From assembly GCA_015680685.1 (NCBI GenBank), contig MNCI01002984.1, forward strand, positions 254,221 through 318,220: DNA of 64,000 bases, written 5' to 3'. Under the pieces are notes generated by a model. The model was not told the DNA's origin. It ran no database searches and was given only the letters and a program-made list of their open reading frames with translations. The position numbers and the translations under genes were made by a program. Shown here one piece after another: positions 1-12,820 of this stretch; positions within the stretch are counted from its first letter, which is position 1, and each line of letters starts with the position of its first letter. The DNA comes from Gnetum montanum (Eukaryota; Plantae; Gnetophyta).

Positions 1-1400
1 ATTTCATGTGAGATGAGGTTCATGCATGAACCCAAAACTGATAGAGCTTCGTAAGATGGATTTCCAATAATATGCAAGTAGATTAGAGGACTTCCTACAT
101 CTATTCTCTTTCATGGTAAAGCACCTCCTTTTATTCAATTAATTATGACATGTATAAGAATGACAGTCTTTATATTTTATTTAAGAGTAACAATGGTTGT
201 CAACTCTTGTGTAGGATTAGAAGGCATTATTACTGTGAGAAAGGGAGATGCATTGCATGAATCTTGCACTGATCCTAGTGGGCTAATAGGTCTATTAGTT
301 TCATTCACAATCATGGAAAGTATCTTGCACTAGTCCTAGTGGGCTAAGTAGGTCTATTAGCTATTTAGAGCTACTAGTACTATCATTCCTATGTTTGTTA
401 ACTATGCAAGTGATGTTCATTTATTGATATTATGGTGGTAATTATCCCTATATTATTGGTGATGGTACATGTGGGAGAGAAGTATGAGAGTGATGAGGAG
501 GATGTGATAGATAGTAAGAGGTATAAGATGGTGATTCCATAGGGGGTATTGTATGTTGATGATATTTAGAAGGGCAGTAGTAGAAAATAGAGGTATGGAT
601 AATAGGACCATTGGGAGAAACAAGCTATTGGACATAGTGTCCATAATGGTATGGCTAATAATAGGAGTATTGTCGCTATAGTAATGACATTTCCCGTGAC
701 TATAAGTTTTGCCACTATTATTGATAATAGCCCTAAGGTTGAGGAGCAGTCTTACTTGGGTAGTATATTTGGTTATAAGTCTCTATATGACTATCTTATG
801 GATAAGATAATCTTTTGAACATTTTCTTTTCTACAAACTTGGGGTTCAAAGCATAAGTCCTAGATTTCTTTAGATATAACCTGACTAGGTAGTAGCCCTT
901 TATATGTTCATATTGGTAGATGTTAAATTTCTTTGGATATGAGTTTGTAACCTCTTTCACTCCTATAGGTTTTTTCCTTTCTATGATATGTATCACTACT
1001 TGTTTTCTTGTTCTTATTTTTCTTCTTGTCTTAATTTTCCACTTTATCCTTTCCTTCATAATTTTCAAGGTAACTACAAATTTTTCATCCATCAAATCCC
1101 ATATCTTATTTACCCTTGTTGTAATCTTAATGATGAACTTTTGCATTGGAAAGATTTTATGTGAAACGAACTCATCAAAAGATGCCTCTTCTTCCTAATC
1201 ATAGATATGGACCCCCTTCTTGCAAAGGACTAGGTTCTAGTTCTACTCCTTTACACTCTCCCTCTTGCATAAATCTTCTTATTCTTTTGCTACTTGTTCT
1301 GTTAACCTTTGTATATAATGAGATCTAAGTTATGATAGTTTTTCTTTGGCATAGCTTCCAAGGGTCTTCCTTCTATTATTGCAAAACCCATATATAATGT
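1..1400 (-). pseudogene. Degenerate gag remnant of an Athila-like Ty3/Gypsy element
   Basis: 880-1150 resembles the gag regions at 36890-37200 and 41750-42100 (decayed Zn-knuckle-like segment, K/E/R-rich linker), with a P/Y/S-rich tail at 40-760; many stops. Confidence 0.5.
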
Positions 1401-1610
1401 GAAGAAGCTACTTTTTCTGAAAAAAAATCCATGGCCTAGGTATTTGTGTAATAAAAAATAATATCTACCTAGAACTTCATAAAGGAGTTCATGGTTATCT
1501 TATTTCCATTCTTGGATTTGGTTCCTCTGATTAGATACTCTTGAATAGGTTTGACACTTCTTGTTGAATAGCTTGAGCATCATGGACCACTGTAGTTTCA
1601 TAGTTTATTT

Positions 1611-1875
1611 TTAAAGCCTTCTCAAAGCCAAAGTAGAATACCATGAAATATTTAGAAATAAAGAAACCTACTAATTTCCATTATAAGGGATGGAACAAAA
1701 TTGAGTGTAACTTGTTAACTCCATTCATGGTGTGTGTAGTGATGCAACATAATAGTTTTGAAAATAAGGTTATGCATTAGCAAGTAACCATTAACTTCCT
1801 CAATGAATTAGCAAAGAAGAGTTCCATGAAGAAAACATTATATAATAAATTTGCATAAAATTATTTTCAAGAGTT
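1611..1875 (+). repeat. Diverged direct repeat, copy 1 (copy 2 at ~2831-3095)
   Basis: Shared TTAAAGCCTT...AAATTGAGTGT...GATGCAACA.(c/a)ATAGTTTTGAAAATAAGGTT.TGCATTAG...CCATGAAG.AAACATTATATAATA. Confidence 0.85.
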
Positions 1876-2059
1876 ATGAGGATCTTAAAAAAAATGAAGG
1901 ATAATGATCATTATCCATCATCAACATCTTCTAAACATACATAGAGCAATATAATGCATCGTGACTACCACCAGCACCATGACCTTGAAGTCATCACAAG
2001 AATTCCCATAGTGATACCTGTAGTTCAAAGCCTAGTAATAAGAAATTAAAATTACACTT

Positions 2060-3945
2060 TACAATGACTGCACACTATGAAGCTATGACCAATAAGATGA
2101 AAAATTTTGATATAATAATATCTAAAGAATAATATATCTAATACTTAGCACCCAAGGTTAGCATTTAGTACCATTATTATGTTCTAACATTGGATGCATA
2201 GTTGGAAAGTCTAGCCATAGTGTTGAATTAGAAAGATCTAGCTTGGCACTGTTTGTAGAGTTCATGATGTTAAGGAATGACATGGTGGTTGATAATTTTG
2301 TGAGAATATAAAATAATAGTTGGTTCATATATTAAGTTAGGAAGACCTAGGGATTTTCCAAAATTCAAAGGAGGTTCCTATAGTTCTATTTTTTAGATAA
2401 TAAAAAAAAATTTGTATTGAAATAGGTAGTATTTACCAAGCACTAGTTATTGGAGTGCTTTATTAATGAAGATGAATGGGGAAAAGCATGCACCATAAGA
2501 GTCTTAATATTTCATAGTTGAAGATGTCATATTTTGGTTTGGCTAACACCATTAATTGCTACATCATTATGAAAGACAAGAAAAATGCAATCCCATGGCC
2601 TTTGCTATGTTTGAACTATGCTACAGTGAAGGAGGGAAGCTATGTGGATTGGTTATCTATTTTAAAAATGAAAATAAAGGGATAGATATTGTCATATTAT
2701 GTTACATCTTTTATTGATTTCTCTTATGGTCACCTCTTTTTGACCTTTGTTAAAGTATTTAATAATGCCAACATCTTGAATGTCACTGGGAATGAAAAGT
2801 ATGAATAAAGAGTTGGTTTTATGGTTTTTTTTAAAGCCTTATAAAAGCTAGACTAGACTACCATGATGCTTCCAAAAATAAAGTAACCTATGAATGTATA
2901 GTCTACGTAGTGGAGAGAAATTGAGTGTGACTGTTTAACTCCAGCCAGTGTGTATGTAATGATGCAACACCATAGTTTTGAAAATAAGGTTGTGCATTAG
3001 GAAGCAACCATTAACTTTTTAAACAAATTGATAGAGAAGGGCCCCATGAAGGAAACATTATATAATAGAGTTGCATGAAAAGATTTTAAGAATTTGAATG
3101 TATATGAATTTCCATTATTGATTAGAGACATGTTGAATAAAGATCTCAATAGGGTTTCAAAAGCTAACTCCATTATAGGAAGTAATGATTTGTTATATGA
3201 TTTTATGTTTATAAATTACACTATGGTGAGACATTATTTTAGAGCATAAGCCTATAGTGCTATGTTAAGAAACATTAAGATAATTTTCAATGCTACTTTA
3301 ACATAAAATAAGGTGTTGAATAACAATTTAACAATTGCCTATCAAAAAAAAGAATAAATATGTCAAAGCTTTTGCCAAATTTAAAGGAGAGGTTGAAGGT
3401 GTACTAAAGTGTGCAAAGAAATGATCTTAAGAATTAGTAGCACTGAAGTAAGAAAAGGATAGTATGGGTTCTAGTACTGAGGTGGAGCTTGCAAGTAGAT
3501 TAGAAGAATTGACAATGCGAAATATGGAGTTAGAGGATGATATGCTTATAATGTAAAAGAATAGTTGTGAACTTTAAGAAGAGATTGACTTCTTATGAAA
3601 GCATGTGAAGGATCCAAGTACTTAAAAGAATGAATTATTAGAGACTTTTAGGATAGAACAAAAGAAATTATAAGCCATGGTAAGTAATCTATAGAAAGAG
3701 GTAGTAGCTAACAGTTTTATAGCTCACTATAAATAATTGTTAAAATTTACCTTGGGCAAAGGTTATGAGCTTCAACCTATCACCACCATGATGCCACCAT
3801 TTCTTATGACCACTTATAATAAATATCAAGTAGATACATAGAAGATGTTTGCTAAAACTAAAGATGTTCCACTACCATCTTTTGAAACTCTTGCAGTTTT
3901 TGAAGAGTTAATAGTGAAGTATTCTATAATAGAGTCATAATGAGA
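2060..3945 (+). pseudogene. Decayed retrotransposon accessory (env-like/ORF3-type) ORF with coiled-coil C-terminal part
   Basis: Broken frames read ELERSSLALFVEF..VVDNFVR and AIPWPLLCLNYATVKEGSYVDWLSILK, followed by E/K/L-rich segments at 3350-3700; no gag/pol motifs. Confidence 0.4.
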
Positions 3946-5164
3946 ATCATCATTAAGTGATTTTACTAATCTTATAAATGTACATTTAAACTCATTTCTT
4001 GATTAATGATTCATATTACTTAATTTCCTTATTTTTATTAACATATTTATAACCTCTTGTATTAGACAATGAAGTTATTTAATATCTAATTTTCCTTGAT
4101 AAATTCCAACAAGTGGAATTCTTAAAATGCTAAAGGGGTAAAAAATAGCAAAGAAAGATTATTTACTATAAATAGTAAATGGTTGTCAAGGGGGATATAC
4201 CCCTTTACTAAAAATGGCAAAAGGTTGGTGTCAAACACCATCCATGCTGTCTTTAAAATTTCACAGCAAACCCAAAATCACTTGTAACTCAATGCTAGGT
4301 TTTGGTGACAGTGGGGGAGGGATGGATGGCAATAGTGGGTGTTGTAAAAATTTAAACATTTTTGTTGCAAAATTTCAAGGTTTTAGATTATAAAATAGTG
4401 TTGTTAAACAGGCAACAAAATTGGATGTAGAACTTGGGCAAAGGTCCTCCTTCTAGTGCCAAAAAACTATAGTGATTGAAAATTTTGGTTGCTAGAAGAT
4501 CAAAAATCCTAGCACAATAGCTTTAACCCTCAATCCCTAAGGCCTCCAAAAAATGGAATTCAAAATGGAATTCAAGGTGCTCAGGACAATATGGTAGATC
4601 ACCCAAGGACTTGGACAGTGTAAAACAAGGAAATAGAAATGCAAATATGGAATACAGATTTGAATGAAATGATACCAAAATTAAAAAATAAATCAAAATT
4701 GCATACAAATAAATCTGTAAAACTTTATTTCCAAAAAAATAAAGGGGGTATAGAAAATGTGTACAAGATGGCTTGTAGGAGTAGGGGAGCTCACTTCGAT
4801 GGGGGTTCAAAATCCATTGAAGCTACAACAATCAACTCCACAATCTGGACATTCTACCACTTCTAATGCTTTTGAATCCTTGCTAGTCTGATAGATTTGC
4901 AATGTTGGCTATGCTGGGGATGAGAAGTATGAGAAATTTTAATTAGCCAAGTGAGCAACATTGGGAGTTGTGGTTCCTAGGTGCATAGCATTGATCTAAA
5001 AATCTCACAAATCTCAGGGGGATAAGGAGATAATAATGGTTGCAGGAGTTCCATGCTAAACAAATCCAAGAAGATATGTATTTACATGTTTGTAAGAACT
5101 CTTGGATGCCAAAAATGCCAAAGTATGCCAATGCCAAGGGGATGGAACTTGAAAATGGTGTTTC

Positions 5165-5190
5165 GGATTGGTTTATATAGGGATTTGGGC
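5165..5190 (-). promoter_or_regulatory. Candidate LTR TATA box of element C
   Basis: Minus strand reads CCCAAATCCCTATATAAAC, between the arrays and the terminal homology block. Confidence 0.4.
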
Positions 5191-5374
5191 CTTGAATCTT
5201 GTTGTAAATTGGTTGAAAATTATTGTAAAGTGGGTTAAAAAACTGCTACAAATTGGCTGCAAATTTTTGCTACATTTTAGGTGGGGTAGGTGCCAAAATT
5301 CAAGGGGTTACTATGTATGGAAAGTGTCATACTCCCATGGCCATTCCATTTACCAAAAATTGTAATAGGGATAT

Positions 5375-5545
5375 AATAGCCATGTTGGAGGGATGACATC
5401 CACGCTGAGGGTAGGTGAGTTGCACTCCCATGCATCCATGTTGGGGGTAGATGAGTTACATCCCCATGCATCCTTATTGGGGGTAGGTGATTTACACCCC
5501 CATGCATCCTCACTGGGGGTAGGTGAGTTACACTCATGTGCATGT
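5375..5545. repeat. 33-bp tandem repeat, ~5 copies
   Basis: GGGGGTAGGTGAGTTACACYCCCATGCATCC recurring every 33 nt. Confidence 0.9.
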
Positions 5546-6239
5546 GTTTTCAATGTAGAAGATGTTATACCCCTCACAAAGCCCATCAAAATGCCAATTT
5601 TGGCATCTCAAAAGGCATTGTTAACATCCCCCAAGCCCAAATATAGACATTGTGTAACCTTTTTCACTTAGGGGATGATGCTTGGATCACTTATGAGGTA
5701 TTTTTCTATCCTAAAAGCATAAAATATGTGAGATTGCACTTCATGGATTACAATCTTCACATTTACAATGAAATGTAGCCTTGGGTTTCATGGGATGGGG
5801 TTACAAAGGCCAAAAGGTTACAACATGCAATTTTGGTGGTGTTTTAGAACCCCATCAAAGGTGAATAAGGTCAATAGAGGTCATAAAAGAGAAGTTAAGG
5901 CAAATAAGATAAAGCAAGGCTAACTAGTATAGCATGATGCTTAATACAAGCCAAATTATAGTCAAATGGTATTACAATGAAGATCAATAATGTGTAACAA
6001 GGTCAAATCAAGCCAAAACACAATGGGACAAGGCCAAACTAGTCAAGGTGGAAAACATGTAGTAAAACATGATTAATATTATATAATCAAGATTACATTT
6101 TGCTAGTTTTAGGCCTTAGTGGCCATGGCAAAAGGATACAAGGTTGATAGGAAAGTTTGGCTACTTGGAAATGTCCTTTTAAGGTTGTTTGAAGGTAAAC
6201 ATGAGGTCTTTTTGAAAAAATACGCTAGAACACATTAAA

Positions 6240-9060
6240 AAAATACATTGGCTAGCATATTTTTGGTAGGCTCCAGCATATCTTTTACCAAAATGTGAAT
6301 TCTAGGGTTCATTAGGATTAGTTTTGGGGTCCTGATAACCTGAATTGATATCACAGTGGATTGGGAATGGAAATTGATCAACTTTGGTGTTGATTTGGCC
6401 ACCTAAATGCCCTAATTATTGCCTAGAGCTAAAAACTATGTTGGCCAGCATAGTTTTCCCTAGCTCTAGTGTAGTTTGGATACAAAATTGATTTATGGTA
6501 TTTCAAGTTTGAAATTCTTGCTCTATCAACCTCCCAAGGTAGTGTAGGGGTGTCAAGGTTGTTGAATGCTTATTTGGAAGCCCAATGAGTTGATTTAAGG
6601 TCATTTTGAAGCCTAAGACCTAAAAACTACATTGGCCAGCATATTTTTGCATGGATCTAGTGTGTATTTGATAAAAATTAGAATTTTCATTCTCAAATCA
6701 AAGTCAAATGGTAGTTGGTTTTAAGATTCAAGGTTTTAGACTTCTCCAAGCTTTCCTAGTCAAATTTTAGGTCATTCAGAGAGTGGAAAATCTATCTTGG
6801 AAAAAGCATTACATTGGCTAGCATAGTTTTGATTTTCTCTAGCATAGTTTTACATAAATCTTAATTTCTAGGTAGTTTAGAAGATCAACTGACTACGTTT
6901 TTGAGTTCCCAGGGTTGTTGGTGTTTATAACTATGGTCTAGGCTCAAAACTGTTGACTTCAGAGGTCACTGGAACCTTGATTTTGTCACTTTTTTCAAAA
7001 AAAATATGTTGGTTAGTGTATTTTTGGGATCGTCTAGTGTATTTTTATAGAAAATGATGATTTTTGGATAGTTTGGATGGTTAATCGACTAAGTTTTTGG
7101 GTCCCTAGTGCTACTAGTGTCTATGGCTATGGTTTAGGCTCAAAACTGTTAATCCTAGAGGTCATTGGAACCTTGATTTTGCTACTTTTTCTCAAAATAT
7201 GTTGACCAATGTATTTTTGGATGCTTCCAGCATATTTTTGAAGAAATCTTGGTTTCTAGGCAATTTGGATGGTCAATCAACTAAGTTTTTAGGTCTCTAG
7301 AACTACTGGTGTTTATGGCTATGGTTCAAGCTCAAAATTGTCAATCTTAGAGGCCATTAGAACCTTGATTTTGCCAATTTTTTTGAAAAATATGTTGGCC
7401 AACATATTTTGGATGCTTCCAATGTAGTTTTAAAGAAATCTTGATTTTTGGGTAGTTTGGAGGGTTAATCGACTAAGTTTTTAGGTTCTTGGGGTTGCTG
7501 GTGTCTATGGCTATGATCCATGCTCAAAATTGTTGATTCTTGAGGTTATTAGAACCTTGATTTGGCCACTTCTTCTAAAAAATACATTGGCCAATGTATT
7601 TTTAGATGCTTGTAGCATAGTTTTGAAGAAAATGACTGATTTTTGACCATTTTAAACCTAATTTTCAGAAATTGATAGCCATCAAAGGTTTTGGCAGGGC
7701 CTTAGGGTTGGATTGATGCATTTGGAGGTTGATTTTACTAGTTGATGGCTTGTTCTTAGATTTTGTTGGAAAAGATACACTGGCTAGTGTAGTTTTGAAG
7801 TCCTCTAGCATATATTTTGAGTTTTTATGTATTTTGATTTATTTTTTGCTTGACATTTGGCTTTCCAAGGTCACAGGAGACTCTCGAGAGGTTTGATAGC
7901 TAGGGTTTACAATTTTGAAGGTTATTGAAGCTTTATTGATTCATTTTGTGCTCAATGTCCTCAAAGATACATTGGCCAGGGTAGTTTTAGCTCCTACTAG
8001 TGTATATTTTCAAGAAATTTTAGTTTTGACACCTTTTGGTAGAGTTTTCAAGGTTTTGGGGCTATTGGAGGCTCTAGTTGGGGTTTGGGATTGGGATGGT
8101 CAATTTAGGAAGTCTCCTAAGGTTTGATTTGGGGTTCTTATCTTCACTCTCTCTCATAAATACACTAGCCAACATATTTATGTTGTATACCCATTGTAAA
8201 AGACTTAAATTCAACTTTTAAGAACTGAAAAGTAGCTAAAATTTGGGCTTATGTTATGCCTTAGGCCTCTAGGCTTCCACCAGATGATATTTGTGTCTTT
8301 TTGAGCCAATGAAAGTGGTCAAAAGTCCCTTACATAAAATAAATACGTTGGCTAGCATATCTATCCAATCTGCACAATGTATAATGCTTAAATTCAAATT
8401 TCAAGGATGAAAAGTGATCAAAGTTTGGGCTTATGTTATGCCCTAGGCCTCTAGGCTTCAACTAGTCAATTTTGGAGTCATTTGGACTTAAGAAAGGTGG
8501 TTGAAAGCCTCTTGCATGAGATAAACAATGTTGGTTAGATAATTTATCTAGCCTGCCTAGTATATAAGGCTCAAATTTAGCTTTCAAGCATTGAAAAGTA
8601 GTTAATGTTTAGACTTATGTTATGCCCTAGGCCTCTAGGCTTCCACTAGTTGATTATTAAGTTATTTGGACTTAAGGAAGATGGTCAAAAGCCCCCTGCA
8701 TGACATAAATATGCTAGCCAACATATTTATCCAGTCTCTATAGCATAAAAGGCTCAAATTTAGTTTTTAAGGGTTGAAAAGTGGTCAAAGTTTGGGCTTA
8801 TATTATGCCCTAGCCCTCTAGCCTTATACTAGTCAATTTTTGAGTCATTTAAACTCAAGGAAGGTAGTCAAAAGTTCCTTGCATGAGATAAATACACTGG
8901 CCAGCGTATTTATCCAATTTGCCCAGTGAATAATGCTCAAATTCAACTTTTAAAGGCTAAAAAGTAGCCAAAGTTTGGGCTTATGCTATACCTTAGGCCT
9001 CTAGACTTCCACCAGTTGATTTTGGAGTCATCTTAACTTAAGGATGTTGGCCTAACATAT
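6240..9060. repeat. Array of 15 decayed palindromes (inferred ancestor ATACGCTGGCCAGCGTAT) at ~193 bp then ~183 bp spacing
   Basis: Copies near 6243, 6435, 6627, 6810, 7003, 7196, 7390, 7582, 7775, 7967, 8160, 8343, 8527, 8709, 8892; best preserved AATACACTGGCCAGCGTATT at 8891. Confidence 0.9.
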
Positions 9061-9339
9061 AAGCTTTGCTAATTATCCTAAACCAAGTCTAAAGTGTGAG
9101 AGTTATGCTAAATTGTGGTTGAAGCTTTGTGCACTATTGCATGCTGTTAAAGATGATCATTTTTTGATCATTTTTCATGTGTTTTCTTTTTTATTTTCTA
9201 ATTTTTGATGTAAAAGGCTACTAGTTAGAATGACTATACAGGACAAAGTTATGAAGCAAAGATTAACAATGAAATGCAAAGGTGAAAAATAAGGTGTCAT
9301 AGGTCACATTGTAAATATAAGAGAGAAAAAAGGAATAGA

Positions 9340-9478
9340 GGCCACTAATTTACTAGTTTTAGGCCTTGGAAGGCCATGATGTTGCTAGTTTTAGGCCCCA
9401 TCGAACCATGATATTGCTAGTTTTAGGCCTTAGTAGGCTACAACGTTGCTAGTGTTAGGCCTTAGCAAGCCATGGTTC
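9340..9478. repeat. ~31-bp tandem repeat, 4 copies
   Basis: GTTGCTAGTTTTAGGCC(T/C) repeated; a single further copy at ~6100-6130. Confidence 0.85.
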
Positions 9479-9792
9479 ATACTTGCCTAGCAAGTATGGG
9501 ATGCTTTCGAAAGATCATATAAGGATAAAATTGACAATGGAACATGATATAATGTTGCCAAGATGAATAAACAATAGAAAAAAGAAAGGATGGCATGTTT
9601 ATCATGAACTTATTATTTGATCTTTGAGAGATCAAGGAATCCTTTTGACATAGTTCTATGCTCATCATTTCTCTTGTTTAACATGGTAGGTTGTAGGCAT
9701 TTTTGTAGGTTAACCCATATCACAAAGTTGGAGTTGTTAGCATCATTTTTTTTCTTATCATTGGGCCCAGTCTGAGTATTGAGAGTTTCCTC

Positions 9793-12700
9793 TTAAAACA
9801 CCACCTTCAAACTTCGATCAATGTTGACATAGTTAATGAAAGGAAGTGACATGTTGTTCCCATGAATGATAATTTCAACATCCTCATATGGCAAGTGAAT
9901 CTCTTGATGTATAGGGGATGAGACCACATGAAGCTTAGCTAACCATTGCCTTTCTACGATCAAGTTGAAGTTGTGTGTCTGCTCAACCACTAGGAAGTTG
10001 ATAGATGTAGGGAATTGTTCACCAGCCACAACATCTAAGGAGATGATTTCTTAGATGTTATCAGTTAATCCTAGTTTTTCAACAATAGTGTATGGTATCA
10101 TGTTGGTTGTCACCTCATCATCCACATGAACATGATGAACCTTGTATCTGCCAACATGTATAGTAATGAGGAGAGGAGTAGATAGCACTTCTTCATTTTG
10201 AGAGTCAATCTTCACCTCACTATCATAAAAGTTGAGCATGCATTGATGCCTATTTTCCCTAAGTGAAGCTTGCTCAATGACAGAGTGGATTGACTCTTTG
10301 TTGATGGGCATGTCTTTGATCATAAGAATAGACATCAACACTTGAGCTAGTGCATCTATATGAGCAGGAGAAGTCATGACTAGGTCATACAAGTTCAATG
10401 ACATGTTCTTTTGTTTGAGAGATTGTTTGGCATGTTCCATCATTGCAAGGAAACTCTTTCCCTTGGTGTGTGACCTTTTGGCCTTAGTAGTTTTAACCTC
10501 CTTTGTCCTTCCTAGAGTTTGTAACTTAGGTTTTGATGTGGATGCCTTGGGCCCCTTATCCATGGGTGTAGCTGGTCTTGATGTAGACCTTGGTTGGTCA
10601 ACTTGCTTTGAAGCCTTTTATTGTTGGCTACCTTCAGTGGACTTGGTTGTTGATTTGGTGACAGGTTGTTTTTGTTGCTATTGTGGTAATACTTGTTGGC
10701 TAATTGCTAAGTTGTTGGCCACAATAGGTGAGCTTTGGTCATGAATTTTTGTAGGCTTTCTTTTTGAAGGTGTAGGGATTTGGATAAAAAATGTTTTCTT
10801 AACCTCAGAAGGATTGGTGACTCATGGTCTAGGTTATGAAGTTGATGCCACTAAAGATAGGACAGGTATGATAAAAGGCTTCTTAGAAGTTGGAGAACGT
10901 GGTACCCATATGATGAAGGGCTCTTTTAGGCTTTGTGTTTTGGGGCCATGGTGGTACTTTCATGATAAACAGTTCCTCAGGAGGATTAGATTGTTTGGTT
11001 TCTATAAATGAATCTATAGTATAAGAGTTATTATGAAACTTAAAGAGTTGGATTCATTTGGCATTAAATCTTCATGGTCTATCATCTTCTGGAGGTCATC
11101 CTTTAATGCTAGGCAAAAATTAGTGTCATGAACAACCATTTGATGATAGTGGTAAAACCTATCCAGTTTGAAGTACTTTGGTAGCTTGGGATCATCTTTG
11201 GTTGTTATCATTGGGTCCATAGCTATGTCATAAAGATGATCATGCCTCTTACAAGCTTCTTTAGATAGTTACTTATGCTGTATATGGTTATCTCTAAGAA
11301 ACTATTCTAAAAGCTCAAAGGGCTTCATCAACAACCTTGTGTACTTAGACCTATCCTTCTATCCAAAGTTTGCTATTGGTTGATTTGGGGAATAGGAAGT
11401 GGATGGTTGCAATGAGTCAGAAGAGTTGTTGTGAGGTATTGATCCCTACCTCTTTGCTTGTTTTGAATCAGAAGATTTATTATGAGGTGGTGATACCATA
11501 GCCATGGTTGTATGTTCTTGCTTAGTTCTCTCCCTATCCCTCCTTATGTGTTGGTTTTTATAGGCCACATAGACTAGATTGTTGCTTGCCTTAGCTGGCT
11601 CATCAATGTTCTTAGTTTATGAAAAGGCTTAGCTTAGGGATTAGGGCTTTAAGTGATAGAGATTTGACTTGATGAAGTCATTTACTACTTCCTTAAATAT
11701 GGCCAAGAGGTGAGTTTTAGAGATAGGCTCTAGGATTTCATTGAGCATTGAATTGCATCTTTAGATGAACCTTTTGGCTAGTTTATGTGGCCCCGACTTT
11801 ACCTTCATCAGTTGATCCAATGTGGCATCTAACTTTAAGTTGTATCTGGAGCAGTTAACAGATTGGTTTATCAGGTCTTCAAGGGAAGAGATGGAACCTC
11901 TAGGCAAGGTTTGGTACCAATCTAAAACCTTTCCATTAAGGGGACATGGGGAAAATCCATAGTATCGTATAAGGTAGGGCATGTAAAAAGAGGCACTTAG
12001 ACTAGAATGTGACCAAGTGTGCATTGGGATACCCTTCACCAGTATATTTGGTGAACTTTGGTATGGGCATACTCACAAATAAAGTTATTTGATGCATAGT
12101 AGGTCTTATAAGATCATCTTGGTAAAAGTCCATAACCTTGATTGTTGAAGTTGTACTAGCTTTGAGTTTCCATAGCTCTTTGGTAAGGTCTTGGATCATT
12201 TGGAAGGCTTGATCCAAGCCTTGGGGCATCCCTTTAGGCTATAGTATTTGTATTAATCATTGAGGAGGAAGTTGAGTGGTTTAAGGCTATGTGATTGGTA
12301 TTGATATAGATGAAAGAGGTTGAGTAACCATTGTTGCAAGTGGGTTGAAAAAGGAGAAAGAGGTTTGCATTGGGATATGTCATATGAAGTGAGCAAAGGG
12401 GGTATAAGAGGCTTATGTTGCTTGGGATTTTAATGAGGATTCCACTAATATGAAAAAGAAAGGTGGTGAGATAGACATCATCAGGGTTGGATGCATAGAG
12501 CAAGGTTGAATGGAAAATAGCATTAATGAGAATACTAAGATAGACTGAGGCATAGGTTGTGCTTGGTATGTAGCAATGATGGGTGTTGATCCAAACATGG
12601 TAGGATGAACATGAGAAGAAGAGGGTTGAGGGACATGTCCCATAGATGATACAAGAGAGGTTGAACTAGGTGTAGTGGTTTGGGGAGTCAATTGTTGAAA

Positions 12701-12820
12701 AAGAATCTCGATGAAGTTGTCCAACTCTGATTTGGCCTCAAACTCATTTGACTCTTCTTGGTAATCCTTTGAGCTAATTTCATCACTAAACTCATCAACA
12801 TCTATGAGTTGTATGAACAT
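9793..12820 (-). pseudogene. Ogre/Tat-type gag-protease, frameshifted
   Basis: IPKFTKYTGEGYPNAHL; LDWYQTLPRGSISSLEDL..SRYN; YHYHQMVVHDTNFCLALKDDLQKMID (CxYHxxxGHxTxxC type); SLNLYDLVMTSPAHIDALAQVL; VHVDDEVTTNMIP (decayed protease site); FNLIVERQWL..VSSPIHQ. Confidence 0.85.

Noticed and set aside
6240-9060. CRISPR-like reading of palindromic repeats with spacers
   Set aside because: Eukaryotic retroelement context, no cas genes, spacers ~170 bp and partly homologous to each other
10376-11011. + strand ORFs opposite element C gag
   Set aside because: Shadow frames of low-complexity gag linker
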